A DNA stretch of 63,200 nucleotides, filler included, from Vannella sp. (GCA_023345925.1; 9 parts of 9 records of this genome joined end to end with filler, not necessarily neighbours in it), one strand, 5' to 3'; shown: positions 1-12,770, counted from the whole stretch's first letter. Notes: generated from the letters alone by a model not told the origin. Numbers and translations are program-made.

Positions 1-563
1 GGCCACCATGTCCGCCTTTGAAAACGTTGAGCTACCGATGACCATTCTTGGCCGCCTAAGCAAGACGGAGCGATCAAGGAGAGCCAAGCACCTCCTCAAA
101 TGTGAGCACCGTCGATCATGCACCCTCCATGGCTGACAGGTATTCAAAAGTGGTTGGTTTGCAAGATCGAGAGGCTCACCTCCCTTCCGAGCTCTCTGGA
201 GGCGAGCAGCAGAGAGTTACTATCGCTCGGGCCCTGTCAAACGAGCCAGAAATCTTATTGCTAGACGAGCCCACAGGTGATCTCGACACAAAGAACACTG
301 TGGAGATCATGGATCTTCTACTGGAGATCAATCAAGTCCAAAAGACCACGTGTGTCATGGTAGGTGCAGAGCTATCATAATGCAGGGACTGACCAGACAA
401 GGTGACCCACAATCCCGACGTGGAGTGCTACGCCGATCGGATCCTCTACGTGTCGGACGGCCAGTTCGTCCATCAAGCATTGAACTACGAGCAATCTCGG
501 CTGGTATATGATGACTACATCAAATACCTCAACAGTCTTGAGGATCACGCAACGAGGTACTGA
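1..563 (+). CDS. ABC transporter ATP-binding protein, LolD/MacB-like (ABC-H type in Dictyostelium nomenclature); 5' partial, 2 introns
   Basis: [15 protein letters not shown] signature, Walker [14 protein letters not shown]-loop VTHNPD after splicing; GT-AG introns ~102-150 and ~360-401; TGA at 561-563. Confidence 0.85.
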
Positions 564-654
564 TTTGAATAATAATCGCGTGATTATGTGGTAAACTTTC
601 GTTGGTTGGTCTCGAAATTTTCGAACGACCCTTTTCCCTTTTGTCGGGCTCCCG

Positions 655-1187
655 ATGAACGTAGACCAAGTGGGTGTTGATGGGGAAGCACGCGATACTT
701 GATCTAATACTATTAACAGACCGAGAGAGCTTTCCAAAAGCAACCCACTGTCTTCCTTCACAAGAACCGACGAGTCCTTGCGAAGAAGTCTAAGGCTGGG
801 GTCCGTTATTACAAGGATGTTGGTTTGGGTTTCAAGACCCCAAAGGAAGCTATTGAGGGCAAGTACATCGACAAGAAGTGCCCCTTCACTGGCAACGTGA
901 GCATCCGAGGACGCATTCTTCGTGGCATCGTCGCGTCCACAAAGATGAACAAGACCATCATTGTCCGAAAGAACTACCTTCACTATCTGAAGAAGTACAA
1001 CCGATTCGAGAAGCGACACACCAATATTCCCGCCCACTTGTCCCCCTGCTTCCGAGTCAAGGTCGGAGACATTGTCACCGTCGGTCAGTGCCGTCCCCTC
1101 TCCAAGACCGTGCGCTTCAATGTTCTCTCGGTCCAGCCCCAGAACACTGAGGGTCTTCAAAAGAAGAAGCAGTTCCGAATCTTCTAA
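655..1187 (+). CDS. RPS11: 40S ribosomal protein S11 (uS17), 1 intron
   Basis: [14 protein letters not shown] start (intron 670-719), [39 protein letters not shown]. Confidence 0.97.
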
Positions 1188-1228
1188 TTGTGTAGTAAAA
1201 TAAAGCCGGACGCTTTGTCGAAGCATCT

Positions 1229-2445
1229 TCACTCTGGAGTGTATCCCCGCCACCAATGAGGCTTGATCAACTGAACGGTAGTCTCTGAACCCTCGATGAG
1301 GAATGTTGTGTGGGTAGTATCGCTGTCCAAGTGTCCTGCAGCCTCTCGACGAATCATGGCTAGCCCAAGTGAGCCGTAGGTGGACATGATCTTTCCAATG
1401 TTCTTTCCGTTCTGGTCTCGAAGCGGAGATCCGGGTGCGAAGCCGTCTGGCGTTTCGGTTGAAGGAAGGGTGGGGATGACCGATGAAGGGTCTGCCCAAC
1501 CTGCCGGCTCTGATTGGGGATGCACACGGATCCCCATTATGGACTTTCTGACAGAGCCCTTATAATGGACTCGCGCTATCAGCTCCTGTCCAACATAGCA
1601 TCCTTTCCTCATGTTGATGGTATCGAAGCTTTGAAGAGAGGCTATGCAGAGTGTTCAGGATCCTCCCAAAGCTTGTCAACAAAGGTTCTTACCTTCCAGA
1701 GGGATACCTTTGTTCCTCTGAAGCTCCAATTCCCCTTCAGCCAGTCCGATGGCGGCGCGATATTGGTGATAGATCAGGTCGGTTGCATGATCGACGTCCT
1801 CACCCAAGAAGCCACTCAAGGCCTCTTTAAGACCGTCGATCGCATCTGGGGTGGAGAGTGATCGCCACCCCATCAGCGGGGATCGAGGGTCGGTGGAACA
1901 CACTAATCCCTCCAGATTCGTAGAGAAGCTTGCGTCCTGAGGAGTTCTTGATCGAGGGATCCATTGGTGGAGAAGGACTTGTCCTTCTTCTAGCGTGGAG
2001 ATCTATTGAGCTTGTCAGACACGACCAGACCGTCCATCAATTAAGCTGACCTTGATCTTAGATGCTAGTTTGAAGAACTGAAGGTGCTTGAGGAGCAGGG
2101 GAGCGTCTTCTTCCGCAGTGTCAAGGAGGAAGGCATCTGGGATTGAACATTAGAACTGTTTTGAGCACTAGAGGTGAACTTGCCCTTCTCAATGAAACTT
2201 TGAGAGATAAAGCAGTCAAAGAGGTATCTTCCTGTGGGAGAGAGAAGCAAAGCAGCCTGGCACGGTACTGAAGGACCCAGGAGGGTGATGTTATTGGTCA
2301 CCAGCGACTGCAAGAAGCTCACAGAGTCCTTCCCCTCCACGTGAATGAAGCCCCTCTTCCTCGCAATCTGGAAGAGTCGGCGATGTTGAACCCTTGCCAA
2401 GCCTCGTCCTTCCACCAATGACAACCATGACCGGGAAGGAAGCAT
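1229..2445 (-). CDS. IBA57: Mitochondrial Fe-S assembly factor IBA57/Caf17 (YgfZ family), multi-exon
   Basis: KGCYVGQELIAR signature; RGFIHVEGKDSVSFLQSLVTNN N-terminal motif; Arg-rich presequence-like N-terminus. Confidence 0.9.
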
Positions 2446-2590
2446 TACAAATGACAACAATCACTTTCAAGCAGATTCCACCCTTTCTTGCCTTCATTTT
2501 AGTGGGACGATGGAGCCTTTGGTGGCCGAGCGGAGGTGAGGCGCTTGTTTTCTGGGCCTCTCACTCACTGGAATGGATGGAAGGACTTCA

Positions 2591-3184
2591 ATGATGGACT
2601 CTGTCCGAAGTTACCTTCCCTTTCTCCCTGGTTCGGAGGAAGCGGGTACATCTCCTGTGAATAAGCGCCAATCGGGTGGGATCAGTTGCCAAGACCTCTC
2701 TCAGCGTATCAGCAAGATGGAGGAGGATCTCAATGAAGTACAGCAACAGATATCTCTTGATACAAAAGCGAATGAGAGACTCCAGCAACGCTGCCAACAG
2801 GCAGAGGAAGCTGCCGTCCTCTCGACAGGATCGCCCGAAATCCAACCACTCTCAACCGAGCAGTTTGATGCACAAATAGCCTCTCTTAAGGGGGAGATCA
2901 AAGCTTTAGAAGACCAGGTATCACACACAGAAGGCGAGACAGGGACTATGGAGAACCAATTGAGAGGTTCCGAACTCTCTCCCGAGTCCAGCTCCCGTCA
3001 AATCGCCACGGCCCTCCGAGCCGCCACAACAGACTTACAGAACGCCCAGCGCGCCCTTGAAGATGTACAAAGGGCTCAAAAGGCCAAACAACACGCGCTG
3101 GAGAAGGAGGAAGCGCTCCTCCAAGACCTCCGCTCCCAAGTGGCCCTCCTTGAGGAAAGGACCAAAGAAGCTGTCTCCCAATGA
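2591..3184 (+). CDS. Hypothetical coiled-coil protein
   Basis: ~200-aa ORF rich in E/Q/L/A with heptad-like pattern; no family recognised. Confidence 0.6.
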   Translation: MMDSVRSYLPFLPGSEEAGTSPVNKRQSGGISCQDLSQRISKMEEDLNEVQQQISLDTKANERLQQRCQQAEEAAVLSTGSPEIQPLSTEQFDAQIASLKGEIKALEDQVSHTEGETGTMENQLRGSELSPESSSRQIATALRAATTDLQNAQRALEDVQRAQKAKQHALEKEEALLQDLRSQVALLEERTKEAVSQ

Positions 3185-3310
3185 ATGGGTCAGTTATAAA
3201 ATCGCTTTATTTTAAGATATTATTTGAACTTGGGTGATTCGCTGTTCTCCTTGGACCAGTGACCTGAAGCTTTGGGGTTGTGTCTTGTTTGATCTGTTTG
3301 GACAACAAGA

Positions 3311-5715
3311 ATGAGTGGAGGAGGCGGGTTACTATCCCAGATCGTGAGTGGAAACGACGTCTCTGGCGTGAAGAAACTGCAGTCCAACCTCGACACGGAG
3401 AAGAGCAAACGGACGCTCTTTGGGTTTGGAAAGAAGAACAAGAAGAAAGACGTGGGCACCATCGGTACTCCTTACGCTGTGAAGCAGCTTGAGCACGTTG
3501 GCTTTGACAAACAGACCGGACAGTTCGTGGGGCTCTCTGCTGAATGGAAGATGATGCTTGGAACCTCGGGTATCACTGCCAACGAGGTAGAGGAAAACCC
3601 CACCGCAGTTCTACAAGCTCTGGAGTTCCAGGAGCGCTTCTTAAAGAACGAGGCAGGCGCTGGCGCTCCTACTCTCCCTAATGCGATTCGGCGGCAGTTT
3701 GGAGGAGGGGGGCAGCCTGCTCCCGCACCACCAAGTAAGTACCAATTACTCTACCTTATTTTCGGGAGGGCTTCTCTGTCCGCGATCGTGCTGCTCCATT
3801 GTGACAAATGCATGAGGACCGGAACATGTATTTCCTCCTCCCGCCAGCATCCAATTAGCGCTACTTTGCTATTTGAACACCTCTGACGTTTGGATAGGTC
3901 TTCCAAACTCAGCACCACCCAGACCTGGCCCAGGGAACGGTGCGCAGCCTCCCTTTATGGTTGGCAGTCCACCCCCCTCGCAGCCTCACCCCCAGGGTAG
4001 GTTGCTGTCCGTAGAAGTATTAATCTGACTCCCTACTAGAACTCCAGAGGCAGTCGTGGCTTACTGAACAGCGAAACCAAGAATCAAGTCGGCCACCGCC
4101 ACCGTCTGCTCCGTTTGGGGCCAATCGCGGTACATCACAACCCAATCGGGGGTCTGGCCCCCCTCGAGGATCTGGACCCCCTCGGGGATCTGCTCCTCCT
4201 CGTGGAGCACCCGTTCGTGGAGCACCAACTCCCCCTCGTGGATCGGTACCTGCTCGTGGCGGGTCAGCACCAGACCGGGGTAGCATTCCTCGTGGAGGTT
4301 CCTCTCAAGGTCCTCCTGTCCGGGGTACAGCCCCTCGAGGAGGATCCTTCCGTGGGCCACGTGGTGGTGGTCCGCCACGGGGAGCTCCAGGGACGAATGC
4401 GCGAGGCACTCGTGGTGACGCCCCGAAGGGGGGTTCAGTGAGGAGAGGTCAACCAGCTGCTGCATCAGCACCTCCCCCTCAGGCCCCAAAGCCAGCGATT
4501 GTTGGTGTACCTTCACCAACATCACCACCGCCGCCTGTTGTTGCTATTCCTTCACCAGTATCGCCACCTGCCACTTCGACTCAGAATGGCCCAACCTCTG
4601 CCAAACAGTCATCTCCCTCGGTTGGAGGGGAAGCACCGAAGATTCGTAAGTAACTCTCAACTGGGCGGGGCTGTTCTCATGAGAGACATTTAGAGCTTTC
4701 GGATGTGGTCTCAAAGGAGAACCCAAGAGAGCGATATACCAACCTGAAAGAGTGTGGAAAAGGGTATGTCTCCATGCAAAGGGTGTGTGCCCTGTTCTAA
4801 TCAACCCAAGCGCTTCCGGGACAGTTTATGTTGCAGATGACTCTCGTACAGGGCAGAAAGTTGCAGTTAAGGAGATGATTCTTGCCAAGCAACCCAACAA
4901 GGAGATCATCATTAACGAGATCTTGCTCATGAAGGAGGGCAATCACCCCGCCATCGTTAACTTTATTGAAAGCTACCTGGTGGAGGGTGCCTTGTGGGTT
5001 GTTATGGAGTTTGTGGATGGATGTGATCTGACTCTCGCCATTGACGTCTGTCACCCTTTCGCAGAAGATATTATTGCTGCAATCGCGCGGGAGACACTCG
5101 CTGGATTGGAGCATCTGCATCTCAAAGATATCATCCACCGCGACATCAAAAGCGACAATATCATGCTATCACTCGAGGGGAAGATCAAAATTAGTACGTT
5201 TTTATCACTCCATCAAGGCAGGATGCTGATTTCGGGGTTTAGCCGACTTTGGTTACGGTGCTCAATTATCTAAGGAACGCGACAAGCGCAAAACTGTGGT
5301 CGGAACGCCGTATTGGATGGCACCTGAGGTTATTCAAGGGGCCCAATATGACACTAAGGCGGATATTTGGAGTACGGGTGTTATGTGTATTGAGATGATA
5401 GACGGCCTGCCACCTTACATGGACCAAGCACCCCTACGAGCTCTTTTCCTTATTGTTTCAAAGGGACTACCAGAACCCCGTAATGTGGCATTCATGTCAG
5501 AAGACTTTAAGGACTTTGTGAAGCAGTGCACTGTTGTTGATCCAGAGAATCGTCCCAGTGCCACCATCCTGTTGAAGGTAGGAATGTAAGAGGGGTGTAA
5601 TCTTCGTTCTAACAAAAACCAGCATCCCTTCTTAACGAAGAAGGCAAGCCGTGGTGTGGCGGGTCTTCCTGCCCTTGTCAAAGACTCTTTGGAGGGAGGC
5701 AACGATGAAGAGTGA
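3311..5715 (+). CDS. PAK/STE20-family kinase with CRIB domain and Pro/Gly/Arg-rich linker, multi-exon
   Basis: CRIB-like IGTPYAVKQLEHVGFD; VAVKEM, LWVVMEFVDG, HRDIKSDN, ADFG (spliced), [11 protein letters not shown]; last exon HPFL...NDEE*. Confidence 0.92.
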
Positions 5716-5791
5716 TTCTGCCGTTTTGTACAATTCCTTTGCTTTCTATTCTCTCGACTGCATAAACAAGCCATTTGGTCAAATCACAAAT

Positions 5792-7040
5792 TTACTCAAA
5801 CAAATGGGCCTCCGGATTCACGAATGGCATATTCTTGATCATCTCCAAAAGGGTCCTCGCATCTGGTCGATTGTTGGCATCGAAGCGAGTGGCGATATGA
5901 AAGAGCTCAATGAAAAGAGCATACTCGCTCTTGTCAACATAATCAGGAATCACTGGTAATGTGCCCTCCTTAATAAGACAAGCCATATCAAAAATCTTTT
6001 GGCCCAAGTAGGGTTGGCGCAAGGTTAGTAACTCATACAGAATCATCCCAAAGGAATACACTGTAAGCATAGTTAGTGAATGGCTCGTCAAAGCTTGAAT
6101 CCTTGGAACGTACCGTCCACTTTGTATGAATATCCAACATTAGAATGGAGTACCTCAGGAGCAATAAATGCTGGCGTACCCACAAGCGTGTAGGCAGCCG
6201 CCAGACCTTTCATATTCTTACAAGTATCAAAATCACCGATGACAAGCCGCTGAATTGAACCAGAAACTTCCCCTTCCACGACAAATATGTTGTCTGTTTT
6301 CAGATCTGGAAAGGTGTTAAGAGGGAGTTTCAGAGGAAGGAGATGGTACGTACCCCGGTGTATCACTTTGTGTTGATGCAGGAAAGCAAGTCCGGAGCAT
6401 ATATCAAGCAGGTGACGTTGCAGTTCTGCTGGGAGGAAGAGCGGAGGCAGTGAGTCAAGTGGTTCGTTCTCTGTTTCTTGCAGCCCTAGTTTTGGTGTGC
6501 CTTCAACAGCCATATTGGCGCGGCGTCGAGTTATCTCTCCAAGAGTACCCGCGTATCGTTGAAGGAAGAGGCGAGTTCCTTGTGGAGAGGAATCATGGAA
6601 TAAGTATCTTACAATGTTTGGATGGAATGGCGCAGCAGAGAGAAACGAGACTTCGTTCAGGAAGGTACAGTGGTCCTCCAATTGGAAAGAAATGTCTTCA
6701 TACTGCAATTGTTTGACAACACACCCCCAGCCATCCACAGAGGCTCCATAGACACGCGCAAAGCTCCCTCCCACTTCTGCAATCTTTTGGTTGATCTCAA
6801 TTCGATTGGGATCCACAAAGAGCTTCCGCAGTTGGCGTTGTCCAGTGGTGGAGGACATTTTCTTTGACCGAACTGCCATGGCAGCTCGCAGGCCCTCGTT
6901 CTCTTGTGTTAGGATTTGGATTCGATCTGCCATCATGCTTATGACAGGGCCATGAGCTCTTGTGAAGCTTTCTCCCATTCGAGAAGGGAGCTGAATGCTG
7001 GTGGGGTCATCTGCATCGTCGCCCTCACTCTCTGGTGTAC
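5792..7040 (-). CDS. Ser/Thr protein kinase, 5' truncated at contig end
   Basis: VGGSFARVY, VVKQL, HPNIVRYLFH, HR|DLKTDN, GDFD, GTPAFIAPEV, YSFGMILYELLT. Confidence 0.88.
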
Positions 7041-7140
7041 NNNNNNNNNNNNNNNNNNNNNNNNNNNNNNNNNNNNNNNNNNNNTTAATTAATTAANNNN
7101 NNNNNNNNNNNNNNNNNNNNNNNNNNNNNNNNNNNNNNNN
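7041..7140. other. Artificial contig-joining spacer
   Basis: 44 N + TTAATTAATTAA (stops in all frames) + 44 N. Confidence 0.99.
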
Positions 7141-7452
7141 AAATTCCTTCCTTTCCGAATCGCCCAATTTCTATTTCATAACCAACAAAAATAGAGCTTC
7201 TTCGAAGAAACTGGGGTTTAGTATCCATGGCTCGTTCAATGTCGCCTTCATTTCCTTGTAACCTCGGTCCTCCTTGGTGAGCGCGCAGAAGCGCCAGAGC
7301 ATTCTTGTCGAGTGACGAGTTGAGGAATGACGGATACCACTTCTATCGGACCCACGCCTCACGGTCTTCCAACGCTCACCAGTGGAAGACAGTGAGGCGG
7401 ATTCAATCCGAAAAGTTTGGAGTTTCTTGTCATTTTTTGTCATTTTTTTGTC

Positions 7453-8847
7453 ATGGCCGCTGGAGAACCACCCCGGAAGAAACCCAAGCTGAATGTGAGA
7501 AGGTGACCCCTCTTGGATGGACTAACTAACTCCTCACAAGGAAAACCACTATTTGGAAGTCCTTCGATCTTCACTTAAGAGCTGGGAGTGTTCCGACAGC
7601 CCACACCAAGAAGCATTCTTGAAACTGCTCTCTGGTATGTTCCAGCCCCCCAATCATGTACTTATTCATTTTTGAGCTGTTTGGCAAGCGCACGCTCCCA
7701 AGAAGGCTCCAAATTGACAGATATAGCGGCATCTATGTCCTTCAATGGATGAGAGGAATGAACGGCATTCTCGGTACTTGGGGAGTAAACCTATTTCCAG
7801 TGGCAGTGACTGTATTCCACACCCCTTTTTTGTTGGCCAGAAGGATCAAGGAAGTACCCTCGTGCTCTGTCGTGCGAGAAGCTGCCGCCTCTGGCATTCG
7901 AGTTGGTGGCCGCTTACTTCTTGGCAGCATAAGTAGCCTCTTGGAATCTACTTCAGAAGGACGTTCAAGACGCCTTGCCACTCTCAGGTCCGCTCTACTC
8001 TTTGCCTGCCAGTGGCCTACCGAATGCGATGTCTGCCATCTTCCCTGAGCACGAGCTCCTTCGAGGCACACTTCTCAGGATCAAACGGCCAAGACAACTC
8101 AGAGTGCTCCTTTTGGATTCCAGCTTTCTGGGAGACTCAGACGGCATGCTCCAGTTCCAGAATGACACATACTTGAAGAATCTAGAAGCAGGCGATCTTT
8201 TAGTGCCAGGAACCCAGGACCAACCCTACGCTGACCTGTTGTGGATTGTGGAGGATGACAGCGGGGTGCTGCACTTGGTATTTATCCAGTTCAAGTACTC
8301 CCAAAAGAGCGCCGCGACTTCACTGGATGCGAAGACTATCCGAGAAGCGATGAGCAACTTGGTGAAAGATCGGGGGACTTTGTTCAAGGTATCCAACCCT
8401 GATCACTCGGACAATCTCATTGGGGGTTTGGGTGTGCCGGAGGAGCGCGTTCACTTGCTCTTCTTGGGGCTTCGGAAGATCAGTCCCGACATCAATAAGA
8501 TGGCCGCTTCTATTTGGCTCCGACTAGTGGCCCATGAACCCACTTATTGGACCGGCGAAGATGATGACAAGCCAAACGGCTCACTCAACAAGTGGACCAT
8601 TTTTGATCTTGCAGCTGAGTGCGCTCGCCGTGAGATCAGCTTCGACGGGCGAGTAAACATGCCCGAAATGATTGAGCAGATCAGCAGCCAACCGCAACCG
8701 CCCTTAAGCCACCTTTTGAGTCTCGATCCTCCAAAGGGAGACTTCCAAGGGAGTCTTATCGTCTCGAATGGGCTCGAAGGAGGGCGCGCCTTCTTCGGTC
8801 CCAGCTTTGAAGCGTTGGCGCTTCTCTTTCCTTGCTTCCATGATTGA
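7453..8847 (+). CDS. Crinkler-like restriction-endonuclease-fold (PD-(D/E)xK variant) protein with NLS and SAP-like insert
   Basis: QPYADLLW...LVFIQFKYS catalytic-like motif, C-terminal FFGPSF; N-terminal MAAGEPPRKKPKL. Exon model (introns ~7495-7540, ~7635-7936) is inferred; the 7975-8847 ORF is solid. Confidence 0.55.
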
Positions 8848-9023
8848 TAGACTCGCTCCATCCGCCTTGTGATATGTTCTAATAAACTTGCTCCATCCAC
8901 CCGCCCGAACCAAAAGAGCTGAGGTAATATAAAACCCCCCAAAACTGTATATTATTCTATGAGCTTGTCCTTATCTAAGAATCTGGAAGCAATCCGATTG
9001 ACATAATTGGACCATTTTCTTTC

Positions 9024-10560
9024 ATGCGCTCCTCGTTGGCTGCGGGATCGCTGCTCTGGCGACCAACCCCCGCCGTGGTGGGAAGAGCCCTCTCTTTTGT
9101 ACCACAAAGCGCATCGTTCTCTACGGAGCGTACGTATGGCAATCTCAAGGACTCGGATCGTATCTTCACCAACCTGTACGGCGAGCACGACATGTTCCTG
9201 AATGGTGCTATGAAGCGAGTTAGTTGCAACCTCTTGGTGGAAGTCTTCTCTAACAAAGAGCAGGGTGATTGGTACAAGACAAAGGAGATCCTCCACAATG
9301 GCAGGGACTGGATCATTGACGAGATGAAGAAGTCTGGTCTTCGTGGGCGCGGAGGCGCAGGCTTCCCTTCTGGTCTCAAGTGGTCCTTCATGCCCAAACA
9401 AACAGGAGCCAAGTAACTACTCTTTTTTTAAGACTACATGGACCCCTCACACCCTTTAGGCCCCACTATCTCGTCATCAACGCTGACGAAGGCGAGCCTG
9501 GCACCTGCAAGGACAGAGAAATCATGCGCCATGATCCTCACAAGCTGGTAGAGGGGTGCTTGATTGCTGCCTACGCAATGGGCGCGTCTACAACATACAT
9601 CTACATCCGAGGAGAGTTTGTCCACGAGATCAACAACTTGCAACGTGCTATTGACGAGTCATACGCTGCTGGCTTCTTAGGTCCTAACTCTTGTGGTTCT
9701 GGCTTCCAACATGACATCTACATTCACAAGGGTGCAGGAGCGTATGTGTGTGGTGAGGAAACTGCTTTGATCCAGAGTCTCGAGGGCAAGCCCGGAAAGC
9801 CTCGGCTTAAGCCTCCATTCCCAGCCATTGTTGGTCTCTTTGGATGCCCTACAACTGTCACAAACGTGGAGACGATTGCCGTTGCCCCAACGATTCTCCG
9901 ACGTGGTGCCAGTTGGTTCGCCGGCTTGGGACGACCCCGCAACTCTGGAACAAAGCTCTTCTGCATCTCAGGCCATGTGAACAACCCTTGCACTGTCGAG
10001 GAGGAGATGAGTATTCCCCTGCGTGAGCTTATCGACCGCCATTGTGGAGGTGTGCGTGGTGGCTGGGACAACCTTCTGGGTATCATTCCTGGTGGCTCTT
10101 CTGTTCCCGTCATCCCCAAAGACATCTGCTCTGACGTTCTGTAAGGAAATGACCCTTCTTTTGTACATCCTTTGCTCATCTCCTCCTTTCCAGAATGGAC
10201 TTTGATGCTCTCAAGGATGTCAAGTCTGGGCTGGGCACTGCAGCTGTTATTGTGATGGACAGATCTACTGACATCATCGCTGCTATTGCTCGCTTGGCAA
10301 CTTTCTACAAGCACGAGAGCTGTGGCCAATGCACTCCTTGCCGCGAGGGAGCCCCGTGGCTCTCCAAGGTGATGGACCGCATGGTGACAGGCGACGCTAA
10401 GGTGGAGGAGATTGATATGCTTCAAGAACTTACCGAGCAGATCGAAGGACACTCCATTTGCGCTCTCGGAGACGCGGCTGCTTGGCCCGTTCAAGGTCTC
10501 ATCCGACACTTCCGCCCCGAGATGGAAGAGCGCATCCGCAATCACTCTAAAGTCATCTAA
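9024..10560 (+). CDS. NDUFV1: NADH:ubiquinone oxidoreductase 51 kDa subunit, 3 introns
   Basis: [67 protein letters not shown]. Confidence 0.98.
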
Positions 10561-10720
10561 GCCACACAACTCAACACCCTCTAACTCATCAGATCCAATA
10601 TAACTTGACAAAAGGACCTTCCATTCCCATCCCCGCACAATGAGGGTCCGCAGACCCTTTTACCCTGAAGGGGCGTAACGTTCTTTAGTATACTGGACCA
10701 GTAGAAGACCAACAGACAGC

Positions 10721-12340
10721 TTAGGGGTTGGAAGGGCGGCTCATCAAGGCTTGTTTGATGTCTTCGAGACCTGAAAGCGAGCGGACAATGTCTCCTTCTG
10801 AAAGGGGCAGATAACGGAGAGCACGGAGATGCTCTTGCACTTGGAAGGGTTGACGAAGACCCAAAGAAACAGATTCAGCACCGCTGGAATGAGCCAGCCG
10901 CAGCGCTTTCATCTCAAGAGGAACCCCAGAGAGAGAAGGGAGAAGTTCATCCAACTTCTCACTCAAAGAAGCCACCGCATGATGGTTCTGCATCTCCAGA
11001 TTCCACGTTATACGCTCTAAAAGCTCGTCTGTAGCGATCTGATAGGCCGTGACCCACCTCCCCGCATCGTCCTTGGCATCTTTCAGTTGCCTCAGCACAA
11101 ACGCGCGATAAGGTCGGATAGTCTGGTCCACTGTGTCCTTCCAGAGAGCTACATTGGCTACACTACTCTGACTCTCCAACACACTCTCTGCAATCGCCAT
11201 TTCCTCATATTTGGGGAAAAGGGGATTGTTCTGGAAGGTCTCTCGATAAGCCTCTTCCATTCCCAACACTTCCGAAAACGATTCTTTCAGCATTCCCAGA
11301 ATGTCCTTATCTGAGTGCCCCCAAAACGCACCGGTGCGTTAGCCAATGGGAAGAGATTCGGAGGGAATGTGGGCGCTCACCAGAGTGGTCCGGATAGGAG
11401 ATGAATCGAAGGTCTGTTTGGTCTCGGAGGGGACGGTACGTGATAGTGGCAATGCCGCGGTCCTTGGCATACTTGGAGACGGTTTGAGTGTTTCCCACAC
11501 AATTGGGCATTGTCAGATACTTGTCCTCGAACACGTTGAAAGGGACTTGGATCATACTAAAGTGATGGTTTCCTGTGCCATTCGCACGCTCAGCAGCTTC
11601 AACAATCTTCTCCAGACTGAGAAAGGAGGGATGAGTTGGTGACGCTGTGATGGCTCTCGAACTGACACCGTAGTGGCTCACCCTCCCTCGTGACACCTCT
11701 TCTTCTAACCATACAAAGATCCTCTCTAGATGAGCATACACGTCTCTGGCTGTCACTTGATCGTTCAAAGCGGCTTCAGGTTGTTGAATGAGGAGGAAAT
11801 CTGTCCTTTGTAAGCCCATCCGGCCCAAGGATTGGGTCAGCTCATCGCGTAGGAACTCGACATCAAGACTATGGCCGGTGATACGTAGTCCTTGAGGCCG
11901 CAAGTCCGCTTTAAAGCCGACTTTGGTGAGCATCACGAACTGATCGCGGCTCACCCACTCAGGGAACTCGTTCTGCATCTCACCAAAGACATGTTGGCTC
12001 TCTGGGAACAGTGTGGATGTCTCAAAGAGGTTAATCCCTTCCTTGATGGCGAGAGGGAGGACTTCGCAGTGTTGGTTGCTCTGGACTGAGTGGCGGAGGC
12101 ACGATAGCGTGATGGGAGACAGATAGAGACCTGTCTTTTCATGTAACTGAGGTAGCTTCTGGTACTGATCGAGGATCCCGCTCTTGGCTTGGTCCGTTCG
12201 CGCCTTTTCCAGCTTGTTCTTCAGCTTTTCCTTCTCAGCAGGTGTCAGCGACGCATCTGGTGAGATCTGTCGGAACCAGCAGTTCTCAAAGTACGCTAAT
12301 GTACCTTCCTTTGTCGCTCCCCGTGGTGCTACTTGCCCAC
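10721..12340 (-). CDS. Aldo/keto reductase-family protein, 5' truncated, multi-exon
   Basis: TKVGF, LTQSLGRMGLQRTDFLLIQQPE, GRVSHYGVSS, IQVPFNVFE, TYRPL fit AKR barrel motifs. Confidence 0.75.
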
Positions 12341-12440
12341 NNNNNNNNNNNNNNNNNNNNNNNNNNNNNNNNNNNNNNNNNNNNTTAATTAATTAANNNN
12401 NNNNNNNNNNNNNNNNNNNNNNNNNNNNNNNNNNNNNNNN
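12341..12440. other. Artificial contig-joining spacer
   Basis: N44-TTAATTAATTAA-N44. Confidence 0.99.
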
Positions 12441-12770
12441 TCTGTCAGTACCGTCGTACTGGCATGTGGACCGTCCAGAGCCATTGTTTGGAGTGGAAGA
12501 CTGGAAGTAACCGGAAGCCACTCCAGAGGAGATGATGAGGTTCGGGACTCCACTCAAGAAGATCAGCTCCAAATCACGCTCTCCCCCAAGGATGGAGCTT
12601 GAAGCGGTTGAGGTGGTCCTCACGACAGGGTAAATGGTGGTCTCGTTGGATTGAATGAGGAGGCTGCTCGTTGGCACAGTGAAGTCGTCAATCACAAGGA
12701 TGTCTTGGAACCCAGAACTCTGAGCGTACACAAGGACAAAGCAAAGCAAAAAGCAAAAGGGTCTCGTCAT
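12441..12770 (-). CDS. Secreted protein (signal peptide; DDF..ILGGERD..YDG motifs), 3' truncated
   Basis: MTRPFCFLLCFVLVYAQ signal-peptide-like start; ORF runs into the contig end. Confidence 0.65.

Noticed and set aside
375..1499. Long antisense ORFs (also 9724-10638, 37779-38669, 53758-54585, 58090-58740)
   Set aside because: Shadows of codon-biased genes on the opposite strand; no recognisable motifs.
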